DNA of 63,854 nucleotides, the filler included, from Klebsormidium nitens (Eukaryota; Plantae; Klebsormidiophyceae): NCBI GenBank assembly GCA_000708835.1. It is 7 parts of 7 records of this genome, joined end to end, with 100 filler letters (N's around TTAATTAATTAA, not from the genome) between each part and the next. Parts side by side here need not be neighbours in the genome. Positions count along the whole stretch, not along the records: positions 8,438 to 36,162 come from DF237809.1; 6 more parts are not named here. The stretch is one strand, 5' to 3'. A program made the position numbers and the translations under genes. How positions within the stretch are numbered: position 1 is the first letter of the stretch; each line of letters opens with the position of its first letter. The notes beneath the pieces were generated by a model that was given only the letters and a program-made list of their open reading frames with translations, searched no databases and was not told the origin of the DNA. Positions 13,739 through 25,958 of the stretch are shown here, piece after piece.

Positions 13739-15764
13739 CTACTTATTGGCCAAAACAATAACGGCTTTGGCCAAGTCCCCCAAAGCTGCTATCAAACCTT
13801 GACCCGTTTGGGCCGCCGTCACCGCGCCCTTCTCAACCACCTTCAACTTCTCTTCCTCTAGCTTTAGCTCCCTCTCTTTCAAAGCTTTCATCTCTTTGTG
13901 ACGAGCATCTTTCAGCTGCTCACAATCTCTAAGCATACTATTCGTGTCAGCGTTATTCGCTCTCAAAGTGTCACTCAAACCAGCTGCAGATCTGTCCCGC
14001 TTCAAACCTTTCACACGCTGGTTTTCACCTGCGCTTTGCCCACGAGCGCCTCCCCTCATGATTCCTGAACTGTCTGAAGGTGCTGTAGGGGTCTCTTTAT
14101 CGCTGTCGTCTTCGTCCTCGCCCTCTGGAGTTGCAGTCTGATGAGCCCGGCCACTGTCGTACACGAAAGGGGGCTCGACACTGGTTCTCTGCTTCATCCA
14201 CAGCATGCTGCAACAAGACACACATAGTCAGTGCTTTCCAAACTCCACTACAGCCTGAAAGCTAACCCAATAGTGTGTTTTCAACGGCCCTCATATCTTC
14301 AAACGTCTGGCTAGTTAAGTATACATGAATGCAGAACACTGTGGTCACATGTACAGTCATCATATAATACAAATGTCGTCAAACACATCTTGGCTGGCCA
14401 GGGAATTCAAGCTGACCAAAACATCTCTTTACCTAGAGCACCACAACCAGGACAGTGCCGAAGTGGCCATCATACTGTGGGTTTTGAAGAAATCAAACAA
14501 TATGGACAAATCTACAAAAAGCTTTATGGTACAGACTTTTTGATGCAAATGAAAGCTTTTTGATGACAATGAAACAAACATCCAACTCGGAGTGGTCCAA
14601 AGAGCAACTTCAAGTTAAAAGCCAAGCCAGAAAAGCCTGCTGTCCGTGGACCACCTTTGAAGAGTAACCAAAGGCCAGTGCCACCACATGATGTAAGCAG
14701 TCTGGATAGAATCGAAAGATAAAATTGAAAAAGCTAAGCAATTCGCAGTGCCTCTGACCGGCACTGAAAGCACGATCCCTTTCACCATCGCTTGCACCAT
14801 TCTGTGATTACAAGGTGTTGATTCTTCTTCCATTGGCTCAAAGGGTCAATGAGCTTCAGTTCAGTTTTTTAAACGCTCGCAACCTCGATTGCAACACCAG
14901 TCTATTGGATTGTCCTGAAACCTGTTTATCAACACGAAAGATGTCCGCCAAGCTTGACTTGCTGCTGGTAGCAACAAAGAGAGTCAGATGCAAACATACT
15001 TGCCTGTCAAAGAGAGCTTTGGGGAAAGCTGGGGGCATCTTCTGGTCCTTCTTCATATCCTGTGTCATGTTCCAATACGAGGGCTTCCCACTTGGAGGCT
15101 GCTTGTCCCAGTCGTACACCTTCTTGAAGTCGCTCGTCATTCTATCCCACTTGTCTTCAATCTGGCTGATTGTGCGGTGCACTGGTGGATTCAACTGAGA
15201 TAAGCGCTCGCTGATCATGGTGAATCTCTCTGCGCCGCTCATTGTTCTATACTTGATGCCCGTGCTCGGATCCAGCAGCATGTCCTCGTGTATCTTCATC
15301 TGAGCATTCAGCATGTCACCTTCATACACCGACCAGTTCGTTCTGGTCTTTTTTCCAGTATTGGCAGGGGCCCCTGGCAAGACAACAGTGTCACCTCCTG
15401 CATCGACCTCAGATTGCACTTCAGCCTGTAGTCCCCCAAACGGAGAAGCTCCCGCAGTCGGAGCCTTTACCGGCGTAATGAAACCAGTGCTATGCTGTGC
15501 AGTGTGTACAAGCTGGGCCTGGTGCAACTGATGCGCAAGTCGAGCAGACACAGCTTGCTGGAGTTGCTCGACAATGCTGACCAATGCAGAATTGTCAGAG
15601 CTCGGGTCCAAGCAAGCCAGCTGACAAAACTCAGCGTTCATTACCATCTCGGTAGCGATCTGGTGAGGGTGTGCTTGGACAAAATTTGAAGGCTCTAGCT
15701 TGCTAACATAACCTACAGCATGGGGATATAATAGCATTGCCGCGTCCATATCGGAGAACGCCAT
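13739..15764 (-). CDS. Harbinger Myb/SANT (trihelix-like) DNA-binding protein; exons 15764-15004 and 14207-13739
   Basis: RTNWSVYEGDML...RFTMISERL...RTISQIEDKWDRMTSDFKKVYDW...PSYWNM...MPPAF is a trihelix/Myb_DNA-bind_4 pattern. Second exon has RTSVEPPFVYDS and a coiled coil. Splicing AG|GCAAGT to TTGCAG|C restores the frame (LFDSMLWM). Confidence 0.85.
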
Positions 15765-16239
15765 AAAGCCTCCCTGCCCGGGCCACCCTGTCCTGCCTCG
15801 CAAGCTAGCTGCCAGCACCGTTCAGTCTGCTTTGCAGCCTGCATGAGGCGAGCCTGGCAGCTAGTGGCACGGTGTGGGTCGAGGTGCCAGGCATATTGGG
15901 GGGAACGAAGCGACCCAATGGGGTGTCTCTGAAGTGCCACGGTGGATTGTAACGGAGTCCGCTACAATCTGTGGGATGTATACGGGCAGTTTACAGGAAG
16001 CGGAAATCGACAAGATGTAGCGGAAATTTGCGCGCGAAACAGGCTCCGATTTAGCGGAAAGGGTCGCATGGAACGGTGGTTTTCTCCGGTTTCCGCTAAA
16101 AATTGTCGATAATGTACCGGAAACGGTCGCATGGGAAGCACCCCTAAGTCACATGACCGAGGAATTCTCGGACTTCTTTGTTGACCCTCTTCCAATCATC
16201 AGATCCGGATTTCGGATGAGGACGTGGTAAGACTGCTTT

Positions 16240-17573
16240 CCGAACACCTTTTGGTCATTTCCAATTCAAGGTCTTGATAGAGGGGTTAACTAGCGCTCCG
16301 GCGTCGTTTCAGACGGTGATGAACGACATCTTTTGAAAATACCTTCGGGATTTCGTGGTCGTTTATCTTGATGACGTCTTGATCTATTCTAAGACGCTTG
16401 AAGAACATCAGCGGCATGTGCGGCTGGTTTTGAAAGTGTTGCGAATAGAACAGTTCTTTGCTTGCAAAGCTAAGTCGGACTTTTGGAAGGACGAGATTAA
16501 GGTCTTGGGGCACATCGTCAGCGCGGATGGCAGTTGGGTGAACCCCGCCAAGGTGGCCGCCGTTGCCGATTGGCCGCCTCCAAAGAACGTCCACGAGCCT
16601 GGTACGTTCCTTCTTGGGGCTAGCTAATTATTTCCGCAAGTTTCTTCAAGGTTATGCGAAGCTTGCTACACCTCTGATTGATTTGACTAAGAAGTCGACG
16701 GTTTGGAACTGGACTGCAGCTTGTCAAGAGTCCTTTGAAGGGATTAAGTGGGCGTTAACGAATGCTCCTCTTCTGCGGTCACCTAGGTAGGATGTTCCTT
16801 TTGAGGTTGTGAGTGATCAATGCTTCGATCACTGGTTTAGGGGCAGTTCTTCGTCAGGACGGTCAACCTGTTGCTTTTGAAAGTCGAAAGCTCAGCCCGG
16901 TTGAAAGGAACTATACTACGACTGAGCAAGAATTGTTGGGAGTGGTGCACGCCTTGCAAGTTTGGCGATGTTATCTGGAAGGTAATGACTTCACGGTTGT
17001 GACAGATCATAACCCAAGTACCTATCTCCAGACACAGCCCTTGTTATCAAGGCGGCAGGCCCGTTGGAAGAAATTTCTGCAGAGATTTGACATTCAGTGG
17101 CAATACCGGCCTGGCCGGACTAATGTCGCTGATCCGTTAAGTCGCTTTCCGGTTGGTCCTGCCTTGGCCGTCATTACTCGGAGCTGCAGAGGTGTGGGTG
17201 GCATTCTCCGGAGCGGCCACTCTGACGCGATTGCCCCCTCCACAGCGCCTGCTAAAGGAAGTAAATCTGTCCTCCCAGATCTGGCCGACCCTTTGCGTGC
17301 CCAGATATTGGAAGCTTACTCCACGGATGCTTGGCTGCGAGATGCAAACAGTCAAAGCGTTCCACCACTGGAAGTTTCCCTTGAAGGGTTTTGGCTACAG
17401 GGCATCAAAATCATTGAGGTGCCGAACGGCTTAGGAGTTCGTGACTCGGTATTCCAAGATTTGCACGACTCAAAGTATTCGGGCCGATTTGGTGTAACTA
17501 AGACATTCAAGGCAGTGGATTCAGTCTTTTGGTGGCGCCCACGCTGAAAGCTGAATTCTTGCAGTATGTTCGT
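16240..17573 (+). pseudogene. pol: Ty3/Gypsy pol remnant of element A (RT C-half, RNase H, start of integrase)
   Basis: [80 protein letters not shown], and LHDSKYSGRFGVTKT..FWW. Stops and frameshifts present. Ends abruptly after YVR at ~17573. Confidence 0.92.
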
Positions 17574-17869
17574 TGAGATGTTGAGCTGGCTTGATTGAGT
17601 GTTCTGTGGTTGAGCTGGTTTTGAGATATATAAAAGGAGCTGGGTTGTTGACTTTTGGCTCACCTTGTCGGGGGGCAATCAATTAGTCTAGATACCTTTG
17701 CTGTTCACACTTTGGGCAGTTCTGGTTTTTGGTTTCTCATGTCGAGAAACAATCAGATATGCTCAAAGAAGTCCTGGTATGAGACACATGTTACATTGAG
17801 CTGGTTGGTGAACCTGTGACTTGGAATCATATGCTTATGTTCTGACGTGTTACGAACATCGCAGAATCG

Positions 17870-20800
17870 ATGGAGACTGAGGAGAAGCTTCAGGAAATTG
17901 AGCTTGGGGGTGATGTAGATTTTGCCGAGAGAGAGAGTGTTGCACATGAGAGAATCGATGAGTTGAATCACAAGGAGAGAGAGCTTGAGGTGCGGGAGCG
18001 TCAGCTCCAAGAGGTTTTGCATGAGAAGATTGTGGAGCAGCGCTTGCGTGAGCTCCAGGGTAAGAGTCATGTTTCAGCTGAAATGTCGTCCCCTCGTCAT
18101 GTTGAGACTTATTCCTTGCCAAAGGAGGATAGAGAGGTCCTGATGGCTGGTTTGCAACAGCAAATGACTGAGCAGCTTAAATCTTTCGGTGAAAGTCTAC
18201 TTGCCGAGTTGCTCCAGCAACATTTGGAGGTGCTTGTTACTCGTCCCGTGCTTTCAGTTCTGGTTGGCAGCCCGGCTGCTGAGGCTTCCGTTGCTCAAAC
18301 TTCTGCTTCCTTAGATGTGTCGGAATCTGGACTTATGGGAATGCAAACTTCTGGTGGATTTCCTTCTTTTCACCCTGGTTTGACTGCATCGGTGAGTCGT
18401 CCTGATGTAAGCGTTTCAATCTCATCAGGGAGTGTATTATCTACCTCGTCAGCGTTTGCATCTGGTGGTGCACGTGTGTCACAAGCTGTTGGTGCTTCCA
18501 GGGGGACATTTCCAGCCACTGCGGCAACCGGTTTTGGCTCAACCATATTTTCTGAGGTGCCGCCAGCAGTGACGTCAGCAAAGGATCCCCCCTGGCAGCC
18601 TGGTACTTCGTCGTTTGTGTTTGGGGCTCAGAACCCCGCATCGTCTACAACTCAATCTGTTCCTCAGTTTACAGGTCAAAATACTACTTATTCGTCCGGC
18701 TTTGCGAGTTACGAGGCCGCCGCTCCGTCGCCACAGGGTTTTGCTCAGAACATGATGTCCCCGGGCTTTTTCACACCTGCTTATGTCAACCCGGGTTTCG
18801 TCTCACCTATTCCGTCTCAGGGTGCTGGCTCACCCAACTTGCAGATTCTTCCGACTTTTGATGGCACAAGAAAGGGTCTGACTGCACGGTCCTGGCTGGT
18901 GACGGACCTTGAGCAGGTCCGTGCCTTGTACAATCTTTCGGACCAGAAGATGACCCCATTAGCTCGTCTGCGGTGTATTGGCAAAGCCCGTGACTGGGCA
19001 GAGATTCAACCTGAGCATCAATCTTGGGAGGAGTTCAAGTCCGCATTTCTGCTTGAGTATGGTGAAAAGAATCAGAACAAACTCTTCTTTGAGATGATCA
19101 ATCACACCCAGGATGACTCTTCTGTTGGTGAATACGCAACCACAATGCAGCGCTACTTTCGTCAGTTGACAAACGTGACCCCGGAAAAGCAAAAGGAATA
19201 CTTCGTCAGAAACTTAAAAATGGGTCTTCGTGAGAGTGTGTTTGCTGCCAGTCCGTCGTCCCTAGCACAGGCTATTGAGATTGCTCGTCGCGTTGAGGAC
19301 ATGTATGCAGCTTTGCCCGGCAAGCAGGAAGAGCCCGGCACTGAAATCCGTAAGCTTCGGAAGCAGGTTGAGCTCCTTTCAATTCAGAAGAAGCCTGCCC
19401 ACCTTCGTATGTTACCTCGTCGTGCACCTGGTCCTGCATAGCCTGCTATTCATAATTCTGGGCCACAAACTGACAACGGTGATGCAGGCGGCTTTGATCA
19501 AAGATGCCTGGCATGCAATGATCCTAACCACGTCGTCCGGAATTGTCCGAATCCTCCGAAATATCCGTACTTCTCTTGCTGTGGTTTCTGGCGCAGGCAC
19601 AGGGATGAGTGTCCCGAGCTCGGCAAGATGCAAGCAACACACGCTCAGAACTTCCTCGGTGCTAACATCAATTTCCTTGAGCCTAGTTCTCCGGATTCTG
19701 CAGGTCGCCCACCGGAGGAGATCGTTGCGTTCACTGACGATGAATCTGACGCCTCGTCTGACTCGTCTGGTTACGAAAGCTCTGACACAGAATCTCAAAA
19801 CTCTGATCAAGAGATCTTTGCAGGAAAGAGAAGGCGAGAACCAGAGCCAAGGCGTGAAGCGGAGGCACCGGGTGGCGCGAAAGCGCAGAAACGTGACGTC
19901 AACCAGCTTCCTCGCAAGCGTGAAGCCGTAAAACCCGTCTTAAATCCTCTTTCTGCAGAAGAGAAGCAAAAACGGAAGAAGACGCGTGAGCGCAACCGGG
20001 AGATCAATCGCGAGACCAACCTCGGAATCATCCGTTCACTGCTTAAGGGTGTTCAACAAGATATTGCCGCTCATCGTAACCTGAAACATTTCCGCACAGA
20101 TCTGCATCACCACATCGACAAGATTCTCTTCCACAACCGGGAGGAGAAGAAGGCCGTCCGTCCGCCGAAAGTGGACAAGTCGTCAAGTTCGTCTAAGCCG
20201 CCTGAGTCTCTCTTCGCAGACAAACAATCCGAGGTGATCCCGAACTCGTCACAAGACAAGACACAATCGTCTTCCGAATCTCGTTACATGCACATCGAGC
20301 TTGAGCGTGGTTCGTATGGTCGGAAAGAATGGTATGACGTGCCTTCGTTTCCTCTTCGGACTCAAATCTTTGCTGAGGTTGAGGGCGTAAAAATGAGAGT
20401 CCAGCTTGATTCTGGTGCCACGTTTTCCGGAATCTCCCGGGAAGCTGTGGACAAGTGTGGTTTGGCCGGCAAAATCAAGCCGACCCGTATGACTTACAAA
20501 ACTTCGTCTGGTGAAATTCGTCCTGCCGAAGGCAAAGTCCGTGTGCACATTCAGGATGAGCGCCTCCGAGTTACTTCCACAATGCTCGTCATGCCTTACG
20601 GTTGTTCTTACAATCTTCTTCTGGCCAATGACATCGTCGGTCCCCTCACAGGAGATGTCTGTCGTAGCACAAAGCATGTGAAGTTCTTCTGGGCGGGGAA
20701 AACCATCCTAACTCCTTTGTTGCATGAGACGTCTGATGATGACGTCAAAGTCCGTGAGTCGTACTTTCTGACCGTCAACCAGTTGTCTTCGGAGTGCCAA

Positions 20801-20881
20801 GATTCAGACGGTCCAAAGCCTGTGGCTTACATTGATGACCCGCCTAACTTCGTCGTGCTCGATGGTTCAAAAAACGAGTAG
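17870..20881 (+). pseudogene. gag: Element B ORF1: gag capsid, zinc knuckle and aspartic protease (one in-frame TAG at 19439-19441)
   Basis: LPTFDG..ARSWL..., SWEEFKSAFLLEYG, PSSLAQAIEIARRVED, CLACNDPNHVVRNC, VQLDSGATFSGIS and YNLLLAND. ORFs 17870-19441 and 19628-20881 are in the same frame. Confidence 0.9.
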
Positions 20882-22704
20882 TTGACCCTCCTCTTAGCTC
20901 CGGAACTTACAAAGTTGAACCTAAACGGGGGCCTGTTTTGAAAGGAGTTAAGATTCGTTCCGAGAGTGACCTAGAAGTCTGCCGTTCCTGGATGCGTGCC
21001 AACAAGTTGAAAAACGGAAGAATCAAGCACATCTTGAAGCATGCCAGGAAAGCCGTCAACAATTCTGCCGTCCCTGATTTCGTTTGGTTGTATCCTGAGG
21101 GTATTTCCGACCCTCCGATTAGTCGGTTGCGTGTTCAAATCGAGCTCGTGACTGACAGTGTGCAAGAAATCTATTCGGTTGACACCACTTCGTCTAGTGC
21201 ACCAGAGTATACAGCCGAAGAAGTTGAGAAGATCATAAATACCATCTCGTTTGGCAAGAATTTGTCGGAGTCAGAAACAGAGTTGCTGCAAAACGTCGTA
21301 AAGAAAAATATAAGAGCTTTCAGTCGTTACAAAGGTGATCTCGGGTTTACAACTCTCATTGAACATGAGATCGATCTCGTCAGTAATACTCCGGTCAAAC
21401 TTCGTCCTTATAAGCTGTCCTTTGAAGAGCAAAAAGCCGCAGCAGTCGGAGTATGTCGCTGAGTTAATCCGTGAAGGACAGGTTGTTCCAAGTAAGTCCC
21501 CGTGGTCGAGTCCTGCTTTTCTCGTCCCAAAGCCTGACGGTTCTTATCGTTTTGTCGTCGATTATCGCAAGCTCAATGAAGTCACGCGTTCCTGGTCTAT
21601 GCCACTGCCTTTCATGTCTGACTTGCAACAACAGTTGGGCCAGTCCCGTTACTTTGCAACAATGGATATTGCGAGCGTTTTCTATAACGTTCCTATGAAA
21701 GCTGAACATCTTCAGTACACAGCATTTTGTCTTCGTAATCTTGGCCTTTTTGAGTGGCTCGTTATGCCAATGGGGCTGAAAAACGCCCCGGCCACCTTTA
21801 CTCGCCTGCAAGAGTTCGTCTTTCCTCCACTCGATTGGTCTTCTTTTCTGAAAGTTTTCATCGATGACATGTGCGTTTTTGCTAACTCTATCCCTGAACT
21901 TGCGCGCTTCCTCGACCGTGTGCTTTCTCGTGTGATCTGGGCCGGTCTCAAACTTGCACCCAAGAAATGTTTCTTTGATACCGACTCCGTCAAGTTTCTG
22001 GGGCATATTATCTCTAACGGTCAGATCACGATGGATCCGAAAAAGGTCGTGGCAATCCGTAACCTGCTTCCCCCCGAAGATAGACATCAACTGCAGCAAG
22101 TTCATGGGCTCTTTCAGTACTACCGAGTTTTCATACCTAAGTTCGCACACATTGCTCGTCCTATGTCCAAGCTGCTTTCGAAAGATGAGCCGTTCGTTTG
22201 GTCCACTGCTTGTCAGGAAGCTTTCGACTTTCTGAAAGATGCACTGTGTTCGTCCCCTGTTTTGGCTTGTTACGATCCTCAAATTGAGTTCGTCCTTGAC
22301 ACAGACTACCAGCAGAACGCTATTTCGGCTATTCTTGGAATGCGGAATCCTAAGTACAGGCAAGAACAAGTCATCGAGTATGCTTCCCGCACACTTACAA
22401 AACAAGAACAGCGCCTGCTGCGACCGAGGGAGAGCTTCTCGCGGTCACTTTCGGCCTTCGTCGCTTTTCCGTTTATCTTCGAGGGCGTCCGGAATTCGTC
22501 TTGCGTACTGATCACAGGGCTCTTACCTGGCTAAAAACTCTTAATCCAACAACCGGGAAGCTTGCCCGTTGGTCATACCTGTTGCAGGCGGAATTCAACT
22601 TCCGAGTTGAACACCGTGAAGGGAAAAGTCACCTAAACGCTGACGCTTTATCCCGAGCTGTGGCATTACACTTGAAACAACGGCCGTACTTAGAAAAGGA
22701 TTGA
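20866..22704 (+). pseudogene. pol: Element B ORF2: linker, reverse transcriptase and RNase H
   Basis: GDLGFTTLIEHEIDL..PVKLRPYK, SPWSSPAFLVPKPDGSYRFVVDYRKLN, FIDDMC, LDTDYQQNAISAIL, IEYASRTL, RTDHRALTWL and HLNADALSR. Two compensating 1-nt lesions at ~21450 and ~22420. Natural-looking stop at 22704. Confidence 0.92.
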
Positions 22705-22776
22705 TCAGACTGTTTTTCCTCTTGTCCGTTTTCAGCCTGGCTAATCTTTCCTAGTCTCTCTTACAGTGTTCAGAAC

Positions 22777-24566
22777 ATGGCCTCGTTTGGCTTGGATCAG
22801 CATATGAGATCGTCATCGTCAAGTCCATCGTCGTCTCGTCACCCGTCACCCGCTTCGGGAAAGCGGAAATCGTCCTCTCAAGATCTTAGCGACATGGAAG
22901 GTGAGCCAACGTCAAAGAAGAAGCGGAACTCGTCCATTTCGTCTCCTTCGTCTCCCGGTAAGAAAAAGAAGCATGTGTACACTGAAGAACAAAAACGCCA
23001 GCTTCGTTAAGACCATTACAAGTTGCTTCACGAGATTGATCACTTTCAACGAACTGCGTCATTTCCGGAGTGGGTCAAATCAAAGTCTGATCGGCAGAAT
23101 TTTAAACGAAAGGCAAAGCCGTTTTGTATTGTCGCGGACCAGCTTCACAAAAACTCGTCAACTCCAAATCGTCCTTGTCGTGTGTTGTGGGAAATGAGAT
23201 TTATCCAATGCTGAAAGAGCTTCATGAAAAGGGCGCTCACTATCCAAAAGATCAAGGTAAGTTTCGTACTCTCGTCGAGCAACGTTTCTTCTTTCCTCAG
23301 ATTTCTGAAATCACTCGTCAATTCATTCTGACATGTGACACGTGTCAAAAGGAGAAAGCGTCTAAGGCTAGTCGGACCGATAGGGAGTATAACCCGCCCC
23401 CACCGACTGATCCCTACTTCCGTGTGCACGTTGATTTGTGTGGGCCTTTTCGGAATCGTCTCAACAAGAAACGTTTCGTCTTTGTCTGTCTTGATTCCGT
23501 CACCAAGTGCGCGTCAGTCAAAGTCATCCCGAACAAAAAGGCTGCTACCGTGGCACGGGTATTTGAAGATGAGATTCTTGACCGTCACGGGTGTCCGTTC
23601 GAAGTCGTTACTGACCAGGGCACGGAGTTCAATGCAGAATTTTCTGATCTTCTAAAGGGTGCCGGTCTTTGTCACGTCCGAGTCCGTCCGAAAAACCCAC
23701 AGGCAAACGGTCAGGTGGAAAGATTCATGCAAATTCTAAAGTCCACCTTGCGTGCCACGTGTCACGAGCATCCGTCAGACTGGGAACGCTTCGTTCAGAA
23801 AACAGCCTTCAAATACAACGTCTCATTTCAGCAGTCGATCAAAACCAGTCCCTTCGTTTGTCTTTTTGATAGGCAACCTATTCTTCCGGCCGACCATGTG
23901 TTTCCGTCCGCACTTTCTGAGGCTGTGGATCAGCCCACGGCAGACTCTTTAGAGAATCAGGCTTCTTGTCTGGAGGCGATTCGGAACTTGCAAAGACAAT
24001 CCAAACTTCTCATCGAACAAGCTCAGATCAAAGCGAAAGAATACTTTGCACGGTGGAACATTCCTCGTCGTCCCCGCTCAGATTCTCTTTCCCCAGGCGA
24101 TTACGTCATCATGCAACGTCCCGGTAACATTCGCGGGTTTAAACTTCACTGGGAGGGTCCGCATCACTTCGACGGCTGGGTTGGAGAGGAACCAAACCGT
24201 CGTGCGGTTCTTCGAGATCAAAAGGGTCAAGTCCGGCAGCGCCCTAGTGTTGAAGTCCTGAGCTACCTACCTAGGGAGACATTCTTAGACAAATTCGTCC
24301 AACCTTTGCAAACAGAAATCGAAAACACTGGTCAAACTCCTTTGCCCAAAGCCATTGCAGGAGCTACGTTGCAGGAAGCAGAAACGATTCCGTCTGAACC
24401 TCCCTCGTCTCCTGAAATCGTCCTCATGTTCGATTCTGAAAAGCCTGCCGAATTTCCAAACTTCGATCCTACCTCTTCAAGTTTATTTCGTCCTTTTGAT
24501 TCCGTGCAGGAGCCAGAAGTTCGACAGTCAACAATACCGAAGAAGAAGAGCTCGCGCTTATCTTAG
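22777..24566 (+). pseudogene. Element B ORF3: stand-alone integrase
   Basis: Own ATG with a basic NLS-like N-terminus, H-x-H/CDTC zinc motif, FRVHVDLCGPF, VTDQGTEF and PQANGQVERF (D-D-35-E), and WEGPH GPY/F-like motif. One stop at 23010 and one frameshift at ~23200. Confidence 0.9.
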
Positions 24567-24631
24567 ATTCTCAAGGTTGAAATGAACAGTACTAACGATT
24601 CTGAATTCCCCCTATACAGATGTAGTACCAG

Positions 24632-25958
24632 TTGCACCAGTTCCGGTTCCGCCATTACCAGTGGTCGTCCCTGTTCATCCTCAACAGCAGAATCTGCCCG
24701 TCTACCAACGTGATCCTGACAACTGGGGCCGCTTCCCTGTTGTGCGGGACATGTTCAACGCCCTCTTTCATATCGTCCTCATTCTTGGGTCTACCTCCTC
24801 TTGTCCGCCATCCATTTTTGGGATGACCTCAGTCGGCCGGACCAAGTAACACTGGAGCAGCACGTTGTCAAGAGTCTTTGGGGAAATGAGAGGTATCAGC
24901 AGTGTCGTCAGAGGGACCCTCAGCTTGCAGTTTACCTCGACTGCCTAGAGGGAATGTTACAGGGTGAGCTCGCCTACGAAGTTGACGAGCTCATTGCCAG
25001 TGTAGAGTTTCATTGTCCCTCTCCCCCAAAGCAGGAGTTTGGTGTCTGGCTGGATCGTCTCAAGCCGGAATACACGGAAAAGAAAATTAGAGACGACCTC
25101 GTCTACTTCTGGTTACGGTTGGAAAAGCTACCCCGTTCTCCTATCCTCCTTCCTACCCACATCTTCCCTCCAGATCAAGTGCTCAATCTCGGAGCACCTC
25201 CGCCTCCTCCAAATCCTCCAGCTGGTAGAGCGTTAAGAGAGGAACGGGTAGCGGCAGGGATTTCGTCCCAAGCGCAAGCTGCGCTGCAGAGAATTGACTC
25301 GTCGAATCCTCCCCCTCGTCCTCGTCAACCGGCAGTGCCTTCGTTTGTTGCCCCTTCGTCTGTTGTGCTTCCTGCACAACAACCATCGTCTTCGTCTTTT
25401 GTGCCTCTGGCACAAACCTCGTCACTTTCGTCTCCTTCGTCCCCGGCTGCACAGCCACCGTCCCTATCGTCTTTTGGCTGCGCGCCGGCTCTCTCCTCGT
25501 CTTTACCTGCGTCAATTTTGTCTCTTTCCCCCTCGTCGGTTCTCCCTTCGTCTTTTCGTCCTCCTCCGGAGCCAAATCAGCCCCCTCCCCTCCTCTATCC
25601 ACTTCCGCCTTCAACAAGCATTTCCCCCGCCCATCCCTCATTCCGCCATTCCGTTTCCGTTCCCACCCCCATTCCGTCCAACTGGGAGCTGATCGTGGAG
25701 CCGACTACACGCCAGCCGCTGCGCCGATCCATGTGGGAGGAGGAGATTCACATCATGGACGCCGTGCACGAGAGGTTCATCATTCTCATCATCAACAACC
25801 GGCCGCCTGATGGCAACCTCGGGGTTGGCCCATGTACGTCACCCAGTTTTACTTTCGTCAACTGGGTGACGTACATGGGCCAGTGTTTGGGCACGCGTCC
25901 TCACCAGAGCATTACGGCCACGACGTACTTTCCGTCCAGCTTTCCAAGCTACCCATGA
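24632..25958 (+). CDS. Element B ORF4: unknown protein with a Pro/Ser-rich middle region
   Basis: 385-aa ORF 24801-25958, with a probable upstream part in another frame from ~24632, downstream of integrase. No recognisable family. Confidence 0.5.

Larger units (their letters stand above)
10271..16144 (+). mobile_element. Complete PIF/Harbinger DNA transposon, 5874 bp
   Basis: Perfect 27-bp TIR GGGGTGCTTCCCATGCGACCGTTTCCG at 10271-10297 and its reverse complement at 16118-16144. TAA TSD at 10268-10270 and 16145-16147. An inner inverted TIR copy lies at 16050-16071. Encodes convergent transposase and Myb-like genes. Confidence 0.97.
17574..25958 (+). mobile_element. Gypsy-like retroelement B, four-ORF layout, LTR pair not found
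   Basis: gag-Zn-PR, RT-RH, separate IN and an extra 3' ORF in order. Begins TGAGAT at the point where element A integrase breaks. No direct repeat of the 5' end found near 26000-26500. Confidence 0.85.

Noticed and set aside
17775-17790. TGGTATGAGAC as a tRNA-Met PBS
   Set aside because: Imperfect match, not preceded by an LTR-ending CA, and no partner LTR.
22686-22766. 81-nt GT-AG intron that would fuse RNase H in frame to integrase in element B
   Set aside because: It would delete YLEKD, which is conserved in element C (YLEDD), and C lacks the donor. The acceptor alone is retained as a hypothesis.
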